The notes under the pieces are model-generated. The model was given only the letters and a program-made list of their open reading frames with translations, made no database searches and was not told where the DNA came from. 64,000 bases of DNA from Oikopleura dioica (taxonomy: Eukaryota; Animalia; Chordata): assembly GCA_907165135.1 (NCBI GenBank), contig OU015570.1:434001-498000 (forward strand). Direction: 5' to 3'. Position 1 is the stretch's first letter. The number at the start of each line of letters is the position of its first letter. A program made the translations under genes and the position numbers. Shown here piece by piece: positions 24,733 through 37,719 of the stretch.

Positions 24733-25272
24733 GGGCGCGATAAGACTCGCCGGGATTTTCACGACTTGCCGGGACCTTGCATATTAAGTCCCGGCGAGTC
24801 GTAGCTGTTCTAGAAACTCTGATATAAATATGCTTAATCATTCTAAAATAAGGGTTAGGGTAAAATTTTACAAAATTTTGCTTTGCAAAACTGATAAAAG
24901 TTTACTTGAAATATTTTTTCTTTATAACATGTTACATATTTTATTGTAAAATTTGGTTTTTAACTGGGTGCTTAGTGGTTTGACAGTGAGATTGCCAATC
25001 CAGGGTAGAAGCACCGTGTAAGTTTGTATTTGTGTGATTTATCTATTTTAATGTTAGGGTTAGGGTCAACAAGATTTAATTGCAAATAATATTTGTTCCA
25101 ATAATATTCTATTTAAACTTATTGAAAAAAATCAATAATCGGCGAATTTTTTTCCGTATAGTTCTGTCATCTAGAGTTTCTAGAACATCAGCTATGACTC
25201 GCCGGGATTCTGCTCATTTAATCCCGGCAAGTCGTAGCTCGGCCAGAAATCCCGGCAAGTCGTAGCTCTCCC
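24733..25272. mobile_element. GGG-ended MITE with GACTCGCCGGGA subterminal repeats (family C)
   Basis: Inverted repeated motif at both ends; related to 42126-42481; TSD not seen. Confidence 0.6.
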
Positions 25273-25402
25273 AACAAGGGCAACATGTTGAAAAATAATC
25301 ATTTGCGATTTTGCAAATTTTTTTACAAAAAGATTTGATAAAGTGAAGCGAAAGTTATAAAAATATTTAAAACAAATTTTGAAGATTACCTTAAAATTAT
25401 AG

Positions 25403-25880
25403 AAACCCTGCTCTGACGTCTCTATGGCGGATCGTAGAATTCAAAAAGTATTATAAAGAATGCATTGATAAAATAACTGATCCAGAGACAACAACGGGAG
25501 CAGTCACGGAATTTTCTGTTAACTATCAAAATAAGAAGGATGAGTTATCTTCACAAACTATCATTTGTAGGCTTCTTAAATTACCACTTTCTGTTTTCAG
25601 AGAAAAAATTGTTAAATTCAATGTGAATCGTGTCAAAGATAAATTAATCATTGACGATCTTGGGCTACCAACAGAATTTATTCTTTGCAATAACCTCGCA
25701 GATTTTGTCACCATTAATCGAGAAATAAATCTGAATACAAAAGAAATTCCTGAAGAGAAAATAAGCTTGCTTGAAAATGTATTTTCTTCAAAAATATGGA
25801 AGAATATTCCTTGTATTGACGGATCTTTACCTCCCGAAGAGAAGATGATGAAAGATAAAATTCTTAAAAACATGATTTAG
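25403..25880 (+). CDS. Candidate exon, unknown protein
   Basis: Frame is open from 25395 to 25880 (161 sense codons) in otherwise stop-rich DNA; TATAG acceptor at 25398-25402; no family recognised. Confidence 0.45.
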
Positions 25881-25979
25881 TTTATTAGTAAATAATCTTG
25901 CAGCCAAAAACAATCTATAACAATGACTGTTTGCCGAGCGCTCCGCTAGATTGGCTTGCCGCTCGCGTAGCATCCTTAA

Positions 25980-26669
25980 GGGATCCCCCCCCCCCCCAAT
26001 TTCCGGAACTCTGACCCGTATCTAGTTTTTTTCTCGCCTTACGTATGAGGCTGATTTTGGGCGCAGATTAAAGCCCGTTTTTTACTGAACAAACGCATGC
26101 ATGATAAGCCCTAGGTTCTAACATTCACTTATGCATTTGATGCCTCTTAAGTGACTTAAGTTGGCAAAAATGGCCATTTTGGGCCAACTTCAAGTTGTAT
26201 CTACTTTTTTTTGGCCTTTTGAATTCCCAAAATCTCTTGATTTTTATAAAGTTAAGACCCTAGGCTACATTTGCATGCATGTTCATGATGATTGAAAAAG
26301 TAGACAAAATTTTTCTCGTTGTAAAACTTTCGGCCGTAATTTTAGCCATTTTTTGGAGTCTTTTTGCTCTCTGGCACCACCAAGTGATAATTTTTTTTTT
26401 CTCTAAAACTAGTTTTTTCTTGATAAGGGCGTTATATGCTTTCAAATAAGCCCTTATTTGCCTCGTTATCAAGACTTACAAATTTCGAAAAAATCGAAAA
26501 TTTTCTCTAAGTATAGATTATAATGCAATTTCAAAGCGCTCTCACGGGTTATCACGTGATCCAGGGCCCTTGATATTTTAGTAAAAAATGACCCTCAGAT
26601 CACGAGGAATCCAAATATGTACCTCTCGATACTTTTTGGGAAAATTTTTCGGATCGGGGGGGGGATCCC
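25980..26669. mobile_element. TTAA-flanked MITE with GG...CC ends (Kolobok-like)
   Basis: GGGATCCCCCCCCC termini; TTAA at 25976-25979 and 26670-26673. Confidence 0.75.
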
Positions 26670-27787
26670 TTAAATTAAGGCCCTTAATGCGAAGACTTTG
26701 AGCGCTATTTTCTCCCACTTCTACTTATTTTTTATGGATTTTTTATGGATTTTTTTCTCGGCGTTATTTATCAAAGCCTCATCTATTACATTGATATTAT
26801 TTCACACAAGTTTACTGGTGCTAGAAAACCGAAAATAGGGAAAGAAAGAGGGTTTTTTCAGCGGCGCCATTGTTCGAGTCTAGAGAAAAAGACAATTGCG
26901 CGCCGCAGAACAATAGAAAAGCAGCGCCGCGAGGGCTGACTTCCTTTTTTCTTTCTTATTTTCTTGGCTATCTAAATATTATTTTAAAATTTGGAAGCGG
27001 CAGACCTATTCAGAAAAGGCTTTTATTTCCTAAAATCAAAAAACTTTTCGAAATAGGCAGATTTGATCACGAGATATTTGGCTTGAAAGGCGCTTGTAGC
27101 ATCCTGAATGCTACGCGCTCGGCAACGGCTTAAAAGAGGCTGAACCGAAAATGCTATAGCGTGCTTCTATGAGCCAACGGCCCTTGCGCTCATTTTCTGA
27201 TAGAGAACTCATTGGATTGGCAAGGGCAGTCTTTTTCTACCGCTGGAACTCATTTCTGGCAGCAAACAACTTCTGCATTCGCAGACTAATAGTTGTTTTC
27301 CCCAAAAAAATATTTTTTTTCACAGAATTATTTTCCAGGAAAGGGGGGGGGGCTGTTATCGTGAGAATAATTTTGTTTTCCACAGAAAAGTTCTGTTCGC
27401 AGAATTATTCTCCCGGAGTGCCGTAAATCGCGGCCGACATTGTTAATGTCGATCAATGTCGATATCGCCAAGAAGGCAATTTTTAAAGATTAACGGAGCG
27501 CTCTCTCTTGCCCAAAACACTCGCTAGCACCGGATCTCTCTAGCATTTTAAACTCGCCTGCACTTTCCTCGACAGAAAGTGCAGAAGAGATTCTGGTGCA
27601 GATGAGACTCTCATCATGAGAGTTGGTGCAGGAGAGTTTTTCACTTTGCGTTGGCGGCCGAACTTTTCAAATAACTTATTAGTAAGAAAATTTTTTGGTT
27701 GAACTTTTGTTAACTAATCTCTAGAACAATTAAATGCAAAGAATGCGTAGAAGGGATAAGGAAACTTGTGACTTCTTCTCATGATTA

Positions 27788-28566
27788 CCGAGAGCGACAA
27801 ACTTCGCGACGGAGTCTGTGAGGCCGGCCGGAGATTTTGACTGCTTTGCGCGCATTTTAGTATTTTCCCATGCCTGATGGAGGACCCTTATCTGGTGGAA
27901 GACCCAATTGATGGAAGATAGGTCTAACAAAGACTATTTTAGATTAATTGATCTATAAATTATAAACAGATAATAATTTCGAAAAATCTTGATCATGTGA
28001 CTCTCGTAGGACCCCTGGAGGACCTTTTCAGGTGGAAGACCGGCATTCCTGGAAAACCATGGATTGTAAGATGTTGTTCGGGCCGTCTCAGCCCCGTTCC
28101 ATGATTTTTAAATTTAAGGGGCTTGATAATGGCTGGGAACTCCGAGGTGATCAATCTCAGTTACGTCCCCAACCCCGCCCACACCCATTGTTTATAAAAT
28201 TTAAATTGACAATGTTTACAACCATATTATGGTTTTGATTTAAAGTTTTGAAAATATTTATTTTTTAATTTTAAGATTTCCTATTATTATTATTTGCAAA
28301 TTATTATTATTTAGTTTATTAATTTTTGTTAAAACAAAACAAAAGTGAAAAGAATTGAAGAAAGAAAAAGTTTCTTCGGTGAATTATTGAGAGAGGTGAA
28401 TTGTGGAAAATGTTTCTAGACGGGGGGTTGTTGTTGTTCTTCGCGGAGGACCCACTCCCACGTTGCGCAATTCGCGCGCCAAAAAGAGCAAAAGATCGGG
28501 GCAACAATAACACGCGCAAATGCCCCAATGTATTACGCGCTCCGTCGTGAAATTTGTCGCTCTCGG
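27788..28566. mobile_element. TA-flanked TIR element (family F, copy 2) containing an inverted family E end
   Basis: TIR CCGAGAGCGACAAA; TA flanks; E end at 28080-28190 on the minus strand. Confidence 0.8.
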
Positions 28567-30373
28567 TATTTCTTTGTGCAATTTTATATAGATATTTGTT
28601 ATTTTATAAAGTTATTAAAAACATAGAAGTAATTCGTGTTTGAGTCTTCGAGACAGGATATTTTTGAGCAAAAACCGGCTTCTCGAGAGAAAAACTAAAT
28701 AGAGATGTTCTTTATGCATAATACAATAATGTCAATAACGTCTCAAGCAGTGAAATTCTCCTCCGATCAGAGCTCGTTATTTACACTAGCGCTCGAGATA
28801 GTGTTAAAAACAAAACGACATGTTCAAGAGATTTTAACACAAAGTGCCCAAAACTAGAAGTCGCTCAAAAAGTGAGTTTTCGAAGGAAAAAGGATGATTG
28901 ACGCACTTTATAAACAATGAGACATCATAAAGAGAAAGGCATTTTAGACGATTTAATTTATGTTTTTGCCAATTTGATGATAGTTACTGAAAGTAATAAC
29001 AATTATTTGCTTTCGAGAGCAGAATGGTTGTAGGGATAAATGTTTCGGCAGATTGACGAAATATTGTGAGGTCATTTTCTGATAAATGTTTCTAAATTCT
29101 AAATTCTCTCAAAATCTTTCTTCTCTTTTTCACTCCTTTTTTGCTAAAACATTTAGGCAAGCTGCCGAAACTTTTTTCACTTTTTAGATGTTTCTGATAA
29201 AAACATTTCGGCAAATGAAAAGCATAGCCGAACAACGATTTAAAGAAAATTGGTTCAAGGAGGATTATTAATCCTTAAAGGTCAAATAAGCAAAAATTGC
29301 TTATCAAAAAGGGAGGTTTCCTGCACTCGATTTGTCCTTTATTTTCAAATCATTAAGCTAGATATTTCAATAATACATTTTCTAGAAAATTATCAAATCT
29401 AACTGTCCCTAAGGAAAGTTTCAAAATTTCGTGACATAGCAAAAATTTTTTTTTATTTTTCACTTGGATCTTGTAGAGTGAGAAAGAAGAAGCTTTTTGA
29501 TATCGATTTCATGGAATTGGAGTCAGTAAAATGGAAGTTATTGATTACTTTATGTCTAAAAATAGCAAAACTTTGCGCGCAGTTTCTGACTCATCCGTGC
29601 ATGGAATTTTAAATTTTTTTTTATAATTATATCACTTCAGGCCTAAACTTCATGTTTTTTTTAATTTGTTTTTTTGATTACGGAATCGCCGGGAAAATGC
29701 ATTTATATTTAACGGTGTCTGGTGGTCAAAAAGCGGCTGAAATCTGAGACGAAAATAGGAGCGAGCAGCGACAAACCGGCCTCAAAATCAGGCGCATAAA
29801 ATAAGGCTCATCCCGTTTTCGAAATGAAAATTTCGGAGAGGAAAGGGCAGCGACTAAACGGCGTCTAAATACGCGACTACAGATATGTTTGGCCCATTTT
29901 TATCATGAACAACGATGATTTTTGATGATTGCCCCGAAAACTAAAGCCCGAATAAGCGACACCAAGCGAGCAATTTTCTTTTTCTATTTTGCCTTGAGGA
30001 CCCTTCTTAAGTAATTCTTCCGGTTGAAAGAATTTAAAGTTGAAAGAAGAATTATCTTTTCCGAGGAATTCTACAATAAACTGACTTCTCGTCACGAGAA
30101 CAAAATCATTTCTAGAGAAAAAATCAGGTTCAACTTTGGAAGACCTCGAAGGACCTCACCTGGTGGAAGATTTTGATAGAAGAAGATATTGTCTTCTTAG
30201 GGAATCATATTCACAAACTATATTTTTGCTGCAAGGAAACATAAATTTTTCCTTAAATTTTCTCATTTGACATCTTGGAGGACCGCGAAGGTCCCACTCG
30301 ATGAAAGAACACACGGAGAGTGCCGGATACCATTTTGGGGTCAAATTAAAGCTCTTTCTTTACTCTCTTAGAT

Positions 30374-33300
30374 TAGGGTTCCGCACGATTGGACCAAAAA
30401 TTTATTTTTTAATAAAATTTGGAGATTCCACCAAAAATATGCCAAGGAATTCATTCCTGGCGTCTGTTTTCCCCAAAAATCCCCCCTTCAGCCCTTTTTA
30501 GGGATTCAAAGTAAATTTTGCCAAAGAGGCCTGCTGCGCGCTGATTGGCTGGCGCTCGTCGCGGGAATATAAATCGGGTAATGCTAACCACCGTCGCCCT
30601 GGAGTTGGCTGAGTGGTGAGCGCTTCTCTTCGCAAAGAGGAGGCGGCGAGCTCGAAGCCAGCTCGAACGCACCCCCTTTTCCATGTTTGGCTTTCTAGCT
30701 TCAACATGGAAAACGCGGATGGGCCTCGAAAAAGAAAAATTCTTTTTGAGATTCGAGCTCACGCCCGTCCGCCAATCCTTTTTGAAGGACTGCGCTCACC
30801 ACTCAGCCAACAGCTACTTGGGGGGTGGTCCCATTTACCGAGTTTCGACTCGAAATTTCCGGAGTCAAAGTTTCCGGACATTTTTTGGATTTTAATCAAT
30901 CCCCCCGATTTCGTCAACTTTGACTTCGAACTACTTTTTTTGGTCGGTTTTTTAAAGGTTTTTAAAGGAGGAGGGCTCATTTTGAAAAAGCAAAGTTTCG
31001 AAATCTACGAAAATGGGATTCTCATTTTTTAATGAATTTTCTTGAAATTTTTACTTGTTTTTATTCTGCCTATTTATGATATGCTTATTATTTATTATTT
31101 TCTAAATATTTTTTGCTTTATATATTATCTGGTTATTAGAATTTAGTCATTATAAATGGTAGACACTTTAAAAAAGCTAAAAATGATCAGAAATAGCATC
31201 ATTTGGGCCAAATTCTGATGGAAAATTTTTATTTTTGAAAAAGCGGCCAAAGTTAAGCTTTCTATAGAGCCCTTATTCGTCTAATTCTGTGGACTCTCAA
31301 AAGTGGAAAAATTGCGGGACCCTGCGAAATTGAGTGAAAGAAAAAGAGAAGTAATAACGACATAGTGATTTTCAGAATTTATATTTTGAATTTACTGTGG
31401 AACAATGACAGATTTTTTAAATTTTCGCGGTATGAGCGCTAGCTGGCGTTGGTCTTCCTGTAGGCTTCTTCTTTTTCTCTCTTCGCGCTGAGTTTTCTGG
31501 CTTCTAAAAGCCGCCATCAGCTTCGATTCTGCTTCGTGCGGCTTCAGATCATCCAGCCATTCATTCAGCTTGTTGAATTTGGCTCGCCCGTTTTCGTACA
31601 TCTTTTCGTGGCATAGATTTTGGATTGATTTCTCAAATCCCTTGAGTGTGGCGAAGGACGATTCTTAATTGAAATTCAGATATGCCTTATTCAAAAGAAA
31701 ATTACCGACTGCTCTGTTCGAGCAACTAATTTTTCTGTCGTCTGGCAAGTTCAGATCCTTTAGAAGCCCAAAATCCTTCATGTATTTCTTCAGACTTCCA
31801 CCGACAACAGCAACAGCAACAGTGTTCAGTCGCTTGATTCTTGTTGCGGAAACCTTCTGGAATCTTTCTTCAATCAGTTCCACGGTTTTTTTAGATTCCT
31901 CGGATGAAGACATCAGAGCCGCCTTCTCCAAAAGACACGAATACGGCTCGTTTGAATCAACAATCGTCTCCATTCGCTGAATCACTGACTGGAACAAGTC
32001 TTTCAATCCCAGGAAAGACAGAGCTTCGTTGTTCACCTTTGAGATCTTCTTGTGGAAATGATTGATGTTCGCGCAGTAGTTCAGGAACAATGTTGCAGCG
32101 TCGAGCAAAACCCCATTATCTCGACCGGAGCAAAGTTTGTGGATCTGGTGAAACTTGCTGTCCTCAAAACTTCTTGTCATCATGTGCTTTGTCGCGTTCA
32201 TCACCGTCGGAAAATGTCTCACAAGAGCGCCCGAGTTGCGACAGTCATTACCGAAGCGCTTGCCTATTAACATTAATTGAGAAAAGTCATTCGAAGGAAG
32301 TTACCTAGATCGTGAGAGAAAATCTTTGTTCTGGTGCTCTCCAAATCGTATTTAAGAAGCAGCTGAAGCGATCGGCGACCATCCTGTTGGACGTACCCAA
32401 ATTTTTCTGGTTTTCCGAAGACACTCTTCACAAGTTCCAGTAAGGTAAATGCTTCTTCATTGACCTCTTTTAACGCAGAACAGCTGTTCTTGTCGCAGTT
32501 CGAAACGCAGTGCATCGCACAAAAGAGTGATGGAGGTGCTTCCTTGTTGATTTCCCGCGTCAGTTTTTCTGCAACGATTGCGTTTGCGTTGATTTGAGCT
32601 GACTGCTGGTCAGACATAAGGAGATCAATCTTCTCGCCGATGACTCGTCCCAAACTGGTCTTGTTAATGATCGCAATCATTTGGTCGGCAATTATTTGAC
32701 TTGTACCTCCGATCGAACGCTCGGTTCCGATGAGATGAAGCTTGCCAGACTCGTCTATCAGCCCGACTGAAATCGTTTTGGATGCATCTAACATGGCTGC
32801 GCCGTCACTTGCGAGGTGGAATCGTTTGCCTTTAAGAATGACATCTTTGGTGTGCTCTTCGTTCAAATACTTCAATGAATCACGAAGTCGCTCAAACCAG
32901 TCAGGCGATGGAACTCTTTTTTCTTCGCCCAGAAGCTCGGGATAATACTTTGCTGTCGTTTTAAAGAAATTGTGGATGCTTCTTGCTGTTTCTCCTTTAA
33001 TAAGCATTTCCAGCGACAAGTTGATAAATTTGGGACTCCAAGTTCTGTTATCACCACCTTTTCCGTTACTAGGAAGTTTCCCGCTGCGAAGAAAAATATC
33101 GATGATCGGCGATTTATCTTTAACCCGTTCCGGCTCATCATTTGCTTCCTGGATTTTGTCGACAACTTCATCTTCTTGGATTATTTCTTCTGATTCAGGC
33201 ATCCATTCTTCCTCAAGCTCACCAGAATCTTCAATGAACGCCTCGTTCATTTTGTCGTTGTTGTCTTCGTTGATTTCAGTCGTTTTCAATATTTGCGACA

Positions 33301-35032
33301 GACCAGTCGATCGGGTTCCAAGATCTTTCGCCGCAAAAGTAACGCAATCTTCCTTCGAAAAAAACTCATTTTCGATTCGAAACCAGTGCTCGAGGTCTCG
33401 ACGAACCTGATTTTTTTTCTTTGCCAATTTGATTCCTTTCAAGCAATTGTCAAAGACAACTTCTGGTTGGTTTGTGATGATGTCTATGAAGGAGGATAGA
33501 AAAAATAAACTTAGATGTATCATACCTTCGAGATAGGGAATTATCGCTGAATAAAATCCAGAAGTGTTTCTCGAATGTTTCTTTGCAATTTTCTCCCATT
33601 CTTCGGAATTCTCTAAGATAGTTTCGAGGTATTCTCTTGAAAAGCCGGTGAATCGGACTTTCGTGTTGGAAGGCTTAATAATAAGCGGTGCGCGAAGGAA
33701 CTTCATAAAAGATCGCTTGTTGAAAGAAAACATCTTGACGATAAAATTGAGAAAAAATTATTCGCTCAATGATTCAAAAATTCGAATGAATTTATTTGCG
33801 TTAAAAAGTTAGGCTGAAATTGTAATCTAGAAAAAAATTAAGTTTTCGAGAAAAAAATGCTTTTTAATTTCTAGAACTTCTACATCTAGAAAAAACTGAG
33901 ACAGCACATCAAGCGCAAGAACAGAAACTTTATTTGAAAGACAGTAGAGATTCTAAAAGAAGAGACAGCTATCATTTTTCGCCCCTAGTCCCCCTATTTA
34001 AAAAAGCCGCGGCGCGGCTTTCATTTCTGCCCCTGGTCCTCTTGTCGAAAACTTCTCTCAAAGTGGACCCCAAATTGCCATTTTGGCAATTTTCTGATTT
34101 TTTCGTCATTTTTTTTCGGACACTTTTGGTAAAGAAGTGCACGAAATTTCTGCGAAGACTCGCGAAACTCTTTGCCGATAGATTCTTAATACAGTTCTTT
34201 TCCCAACCGAGAAGTCAAAATATACTTACACAATCGGGTTTTTCTGGAAATTTGTTTTTAAAATTCTTATTCTCGTCGACCTCCCCCTTAAGAAAAGGAA
34301 GCAGATAGGCTCTTATGCTCCGCAGTTCATTGTCGTTAGGTCTGACCGTTCGATGCTTCGAAATTCGATGCGACGAAGTTCGAATCGTCTTGGTTCCGAT
34401 GAAATTTCATTGGAAGCAACGATCCAGTAGAAATTTTTAAGGGCATGAAGAAATATCAAAGTCGTTGAAACGCGACGAATGTTTTTTGCACAGTTGGACT
34501 GGCGATAAACTTGGTGGATAGATACTTCTGCAGCTCGATTTGCGCTTTGAGAGGGGCATTAGACCAAAGTGAGGGGTTGAATTTTGAGGCAGTTTTTGGA
34601 TTTTTTTTAATTATTCTAATAAGTTCTTTCTGGTTTCATAAGAATAATCATTCTTCCGTTATAAGAGGGCCTCCAGAGGCTGCTTCGTTTTTAACCAATC
34701 AGAGCGCACCTAGCTTTCTCACGGCGATTCATAACAAACTGCTAGAATTAAAACTACCAGCACAAGAAAACGGTGAATTTTTAGAGAAACTTTCAAAAAG
34801 AAAAATGATTTTTTTATTTTATCGCTATCATAATTTGGCAACGCGAAGTTTGTGCTGCCACTAGAAGTATGAAAAACCGAGAGAAATCGGCGACTCCGAT
34901 GGTGAATCGGAATATTAATATCATCATTTTTTTCGCCGTATTCGAAAACCTAAACTTTATAAAAAGTCAATTCTTAATACAATAAGGATTTGGATTTTGA
35001 AAAATAAGGTCCTCCAATCGTGCGGAACCCTA
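30374..35032 (-). mobile_element. Full-length, apparently autonomous hAT-superfamily DNA transposon (4659 bp)
   Basis: 20-bp perfect TIR TAGGGTTCCGCACGATTGGA; 8-bp TSD TCTTAGAT (30366-30373, 35033-35040); contains an intact spliced transposase. Confidence 0.92.
31392..33733 (-). CDS. Spliced DDE transposase, 738 aa; exons 33733-33526, 33483-32305, 32263-31706, 31663-31392
   Basis: Three phase-1 GT-AG introns (42, 41, 42 bp) give an uninterrupted 2217-nt frame. Motifs: LASDG (D, 32804-32806), LMSDQ (D, 32609-32611), CAMH (CxxH), KRF at the hAT RW position, SNRAV-E-SSFATLK. Confidence 0.85.
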
Positions 35033-35838
35033 TCTTAGATGCACTTAAGATTTCTTAATAACCTTTAATATCTTGGGAGTAATTTGCTTATAACTCCTTC
35101 TCTGACCCTTTTCACGTGATTTTTAGGGTTAAAATGGACATGTTTGAAAAGATGATAATTGAAAGAAATGATTGTTTGGCTATAACTTTTAACAAAGTCA
35201 TTCAAGACTTTAAAATAACAAAAAAAGTTTGACATTTTCCCACTGTGCACATTTAATAGCTCGTTCCTGAATGAACATATTCTGTTAACTTCTTAACTTT
35301 CGCATATGCATTAGAGGCCGTCAAAGTGATTAAAGTTGGCGAAAATGGCTATTTTTGACAATTTTCAAATCGTATCTTCTTTTTTTGGGTGGTGGTTCGA
35401 TGCTCTCTGGCGCCAACAAATTGCCGAAGATTCTAGTGCGGATATCATATTTGTAATCAGGACATTCTTATAATTATAAATTATAACATTATAACTATTT
35501 CATTTTCGTTTTTTTTTTGCAATATTCCAAGATTCTTTGAATGAAAAATAAAAATTGTGAATGTGATTCCCGAAGAAGACAATGTCATCTTCTATAAAAT
35601 CTTTCATCAGTCGAGGTCCTTCGAATTTTCCCTTTTTTTTTCTCGAAATGATTTTGTCCTTAAAAATCAGTCAAGTAAGAAATTTCTCGAAAGATATTGT
35701 TCTTTTTTTAACTATAAATTCTTTAAGTACAGTGGGTTGCGCAGGCAGTTGCCCCCTTAAGAGCGGGTAACCAATCATGCATTCACTTTGAGCGAGTCGA
35801 GAAAGAAACAGTAGAAAAAGCGCGGGCAAAGGCGACGG

Positions 35839-36223
35839 CACTGAAAATGTAACGAATGTAACGAATGTAACGAAAACAACAAAAACATGTCTTTTTCTCG
35901 TTACATTTTCAGATAAATTCTAGAGATTTTTTGTTTTTCTTATTTCACCCCCTTGAGTTTCCTACCATTTCACCCGCGGAGCGGGCGTTTTCACTGAATT
36001 TGTCTCAAAGAGACAAACTCAATAAGAAAATAAACCTTTTTAAATACTACTGTGTACTTGTTTGCTCTTTTAGAGGTGTTCTTATGTTGTTTGAAATGAT
36101 GCTCCCAAATATCGCTTTTTGGAAAAAGTTTCTAGAATCAGCTGATTAATAACAACATGTCTCTGTTTTCGTTACATTTTCAGTAAACTCGTTACATTCG
36201 TTACATTCGTTACATTTTCAGTG
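35839..36223. mobile_element. CACTG...CAGTG MITE with 9-bp subterminal repeats (AATGTAACG), nested in a family O copy
   Basis: TIR CACTGAAAATGTAACGAATGTAACGAA; no TSD found. Confidence 0.75.
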
Positions 36224-36578
36224 GCGACCGGCAAAGGGGCAATTAAAGCGGGGACGCTCGATGCGTGTACCAAAATTTTTTTGGTATTCGAATACCAATT
36301 TTTGTTTTTTTAAATACAAAATTTTTGATCGGTATCGTGCGTCGTATCGTTCTTTTTTGAATTTTTTTAGCTATTCTTCAGCCGGTTTTGACTCATCATT
36401 ATCGCCAGGGAAAAAAGACAAAACAAACAATAGAGAGTATGCTTGATTCTGCTGAAGTCTTTCTTGAAACCCAAGCAATCAGGTTGGTTAAATCTGAGAA
36501 TGACAACAACGGCAACAAAGCCAACAATGACACAAATCCTTTATAGCCTTTTTATGGGTTATTTTTGTTGGTGTTTAA

Positions 36579-37037
36579 CCCTAGGGTCGGACTCCTTTCC
36601 TTTTTTATCCCTTTTGAAGGATCGTTTTTCCGTCATCCTTAATTTTTTTCTTAACCCTTTTTGATTTTTGAGATTGGTAAACACTTTCCTTAATCCTTTC
36701 TGGGAATTTGTTAAGGAAGAAGTCCTTGATGATTTTCCTTATCATATAAAGGGTTTTAGAAAGGAAATTTCCCAAAATTAGTCACTTCGTTCATTATATT
36801 AAGACTTTTTTCACCATTTTTGACTTTGACAAATATTTAGTACAAAAGGAAAACACAAACTGTATTCACTAGAATTCGGCGAATTTGCTTTTATACAGAA
36901 AAATTACGAAAAAATCCTTTCAGAAACCCTTTCCGAATATTTTTGAATTTGTGAAAAACCCTTTACCCTTTCTTTCATTCTGCCAGGGAAAATTTCCTTT
37001 CCTTTTTGGGAAATCGTTAAGGAGTCCGACCCTAGGT
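36579..37037. mobile_element. piggyBac-type MITE
   Basis: 18-bp TIR core CCTAGGGTCGGACTCCTT; TTAA flanks; one terminal mismatch. Confidence 0.65.
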
Positions 37038-37127
37038 TTAACCTACGATTGCGGATTCCTTTTGTGCTGCTGATGTGCGTAGATCGTTCAATTTTGCATC
37101 AAGCAAAAGGTCAGGTTGAAAATTTAA

Positions 37128-37269
37128 CCCCTATACCGTATAGGCAATGCGGGACTCCCGTAACGGTCCATTGCGTGGAAATGAGCGCGAATCATTTTCA
37201 GTGATTCACGATTTCCACTAATCATGGAAAAGCCTTGGCCTAGGCGAAGCCCGGGTTCCCGCATAGGGG
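37128..37269. mobile_element. Small piggyBac-type MITE
   Basis: TTAA-CCCCTAT ... ATAGGGG-TTAA. Confidence 0.55.
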
Positions 37270-37426
37270 TTAAGGGTAAAACATCAAATCGGCGCGGCGC
37301 GCCTCGCCCGATCAGCGCCCCGCCGTGACCTACTTTTCAAAATACCGTAACTTTCGAACGGATAAACGTTGCAGAAGAAAAAACTGCATTCAACAAACGA
37401 AAATTCTTATGGAGATTTTCATTCAG

Positions 37427-37719
37427 TAAAATCAATTTTTCTGGAGGGAAAAGGATTCAAAAAAATTCTTCGTGACACAGTTGCGCCGATTTTATCGTCT
37501 CGGCAAGGATCAGAAAAAGTGGGAATCTCCTTGGACGGCGATGTAAAAATAAGACAGGACTCCAGCTGGGAATATGAACCGTGGCTTGCTAATGGCGATC
37601 AATCAAAGCGTGGAAAATTCATTGTCGACCCATTTTCGGAGGCGATTGTGCTGAAATCTGATCTTTCGCACATATATTCCTGGGAGATTGGAATCTATTC
37701 TAAATGGAATGAAAATTAA
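37427..37719 (+). CDS. Candidate exon, unknown protein
   Basis: TTTTCATTCAG acceptor; open non-repetitive frame (IFLEGKGFKKILRDTVAP...WEYEPWL...); 3' edge uncertain. Confidence 0.4.

Noticed and set aside
25052-25066. TTAGGG telomeric repeats (also near 42335)
   Set aside because: Only two units, at an equivalent internal position of family C MITEs.
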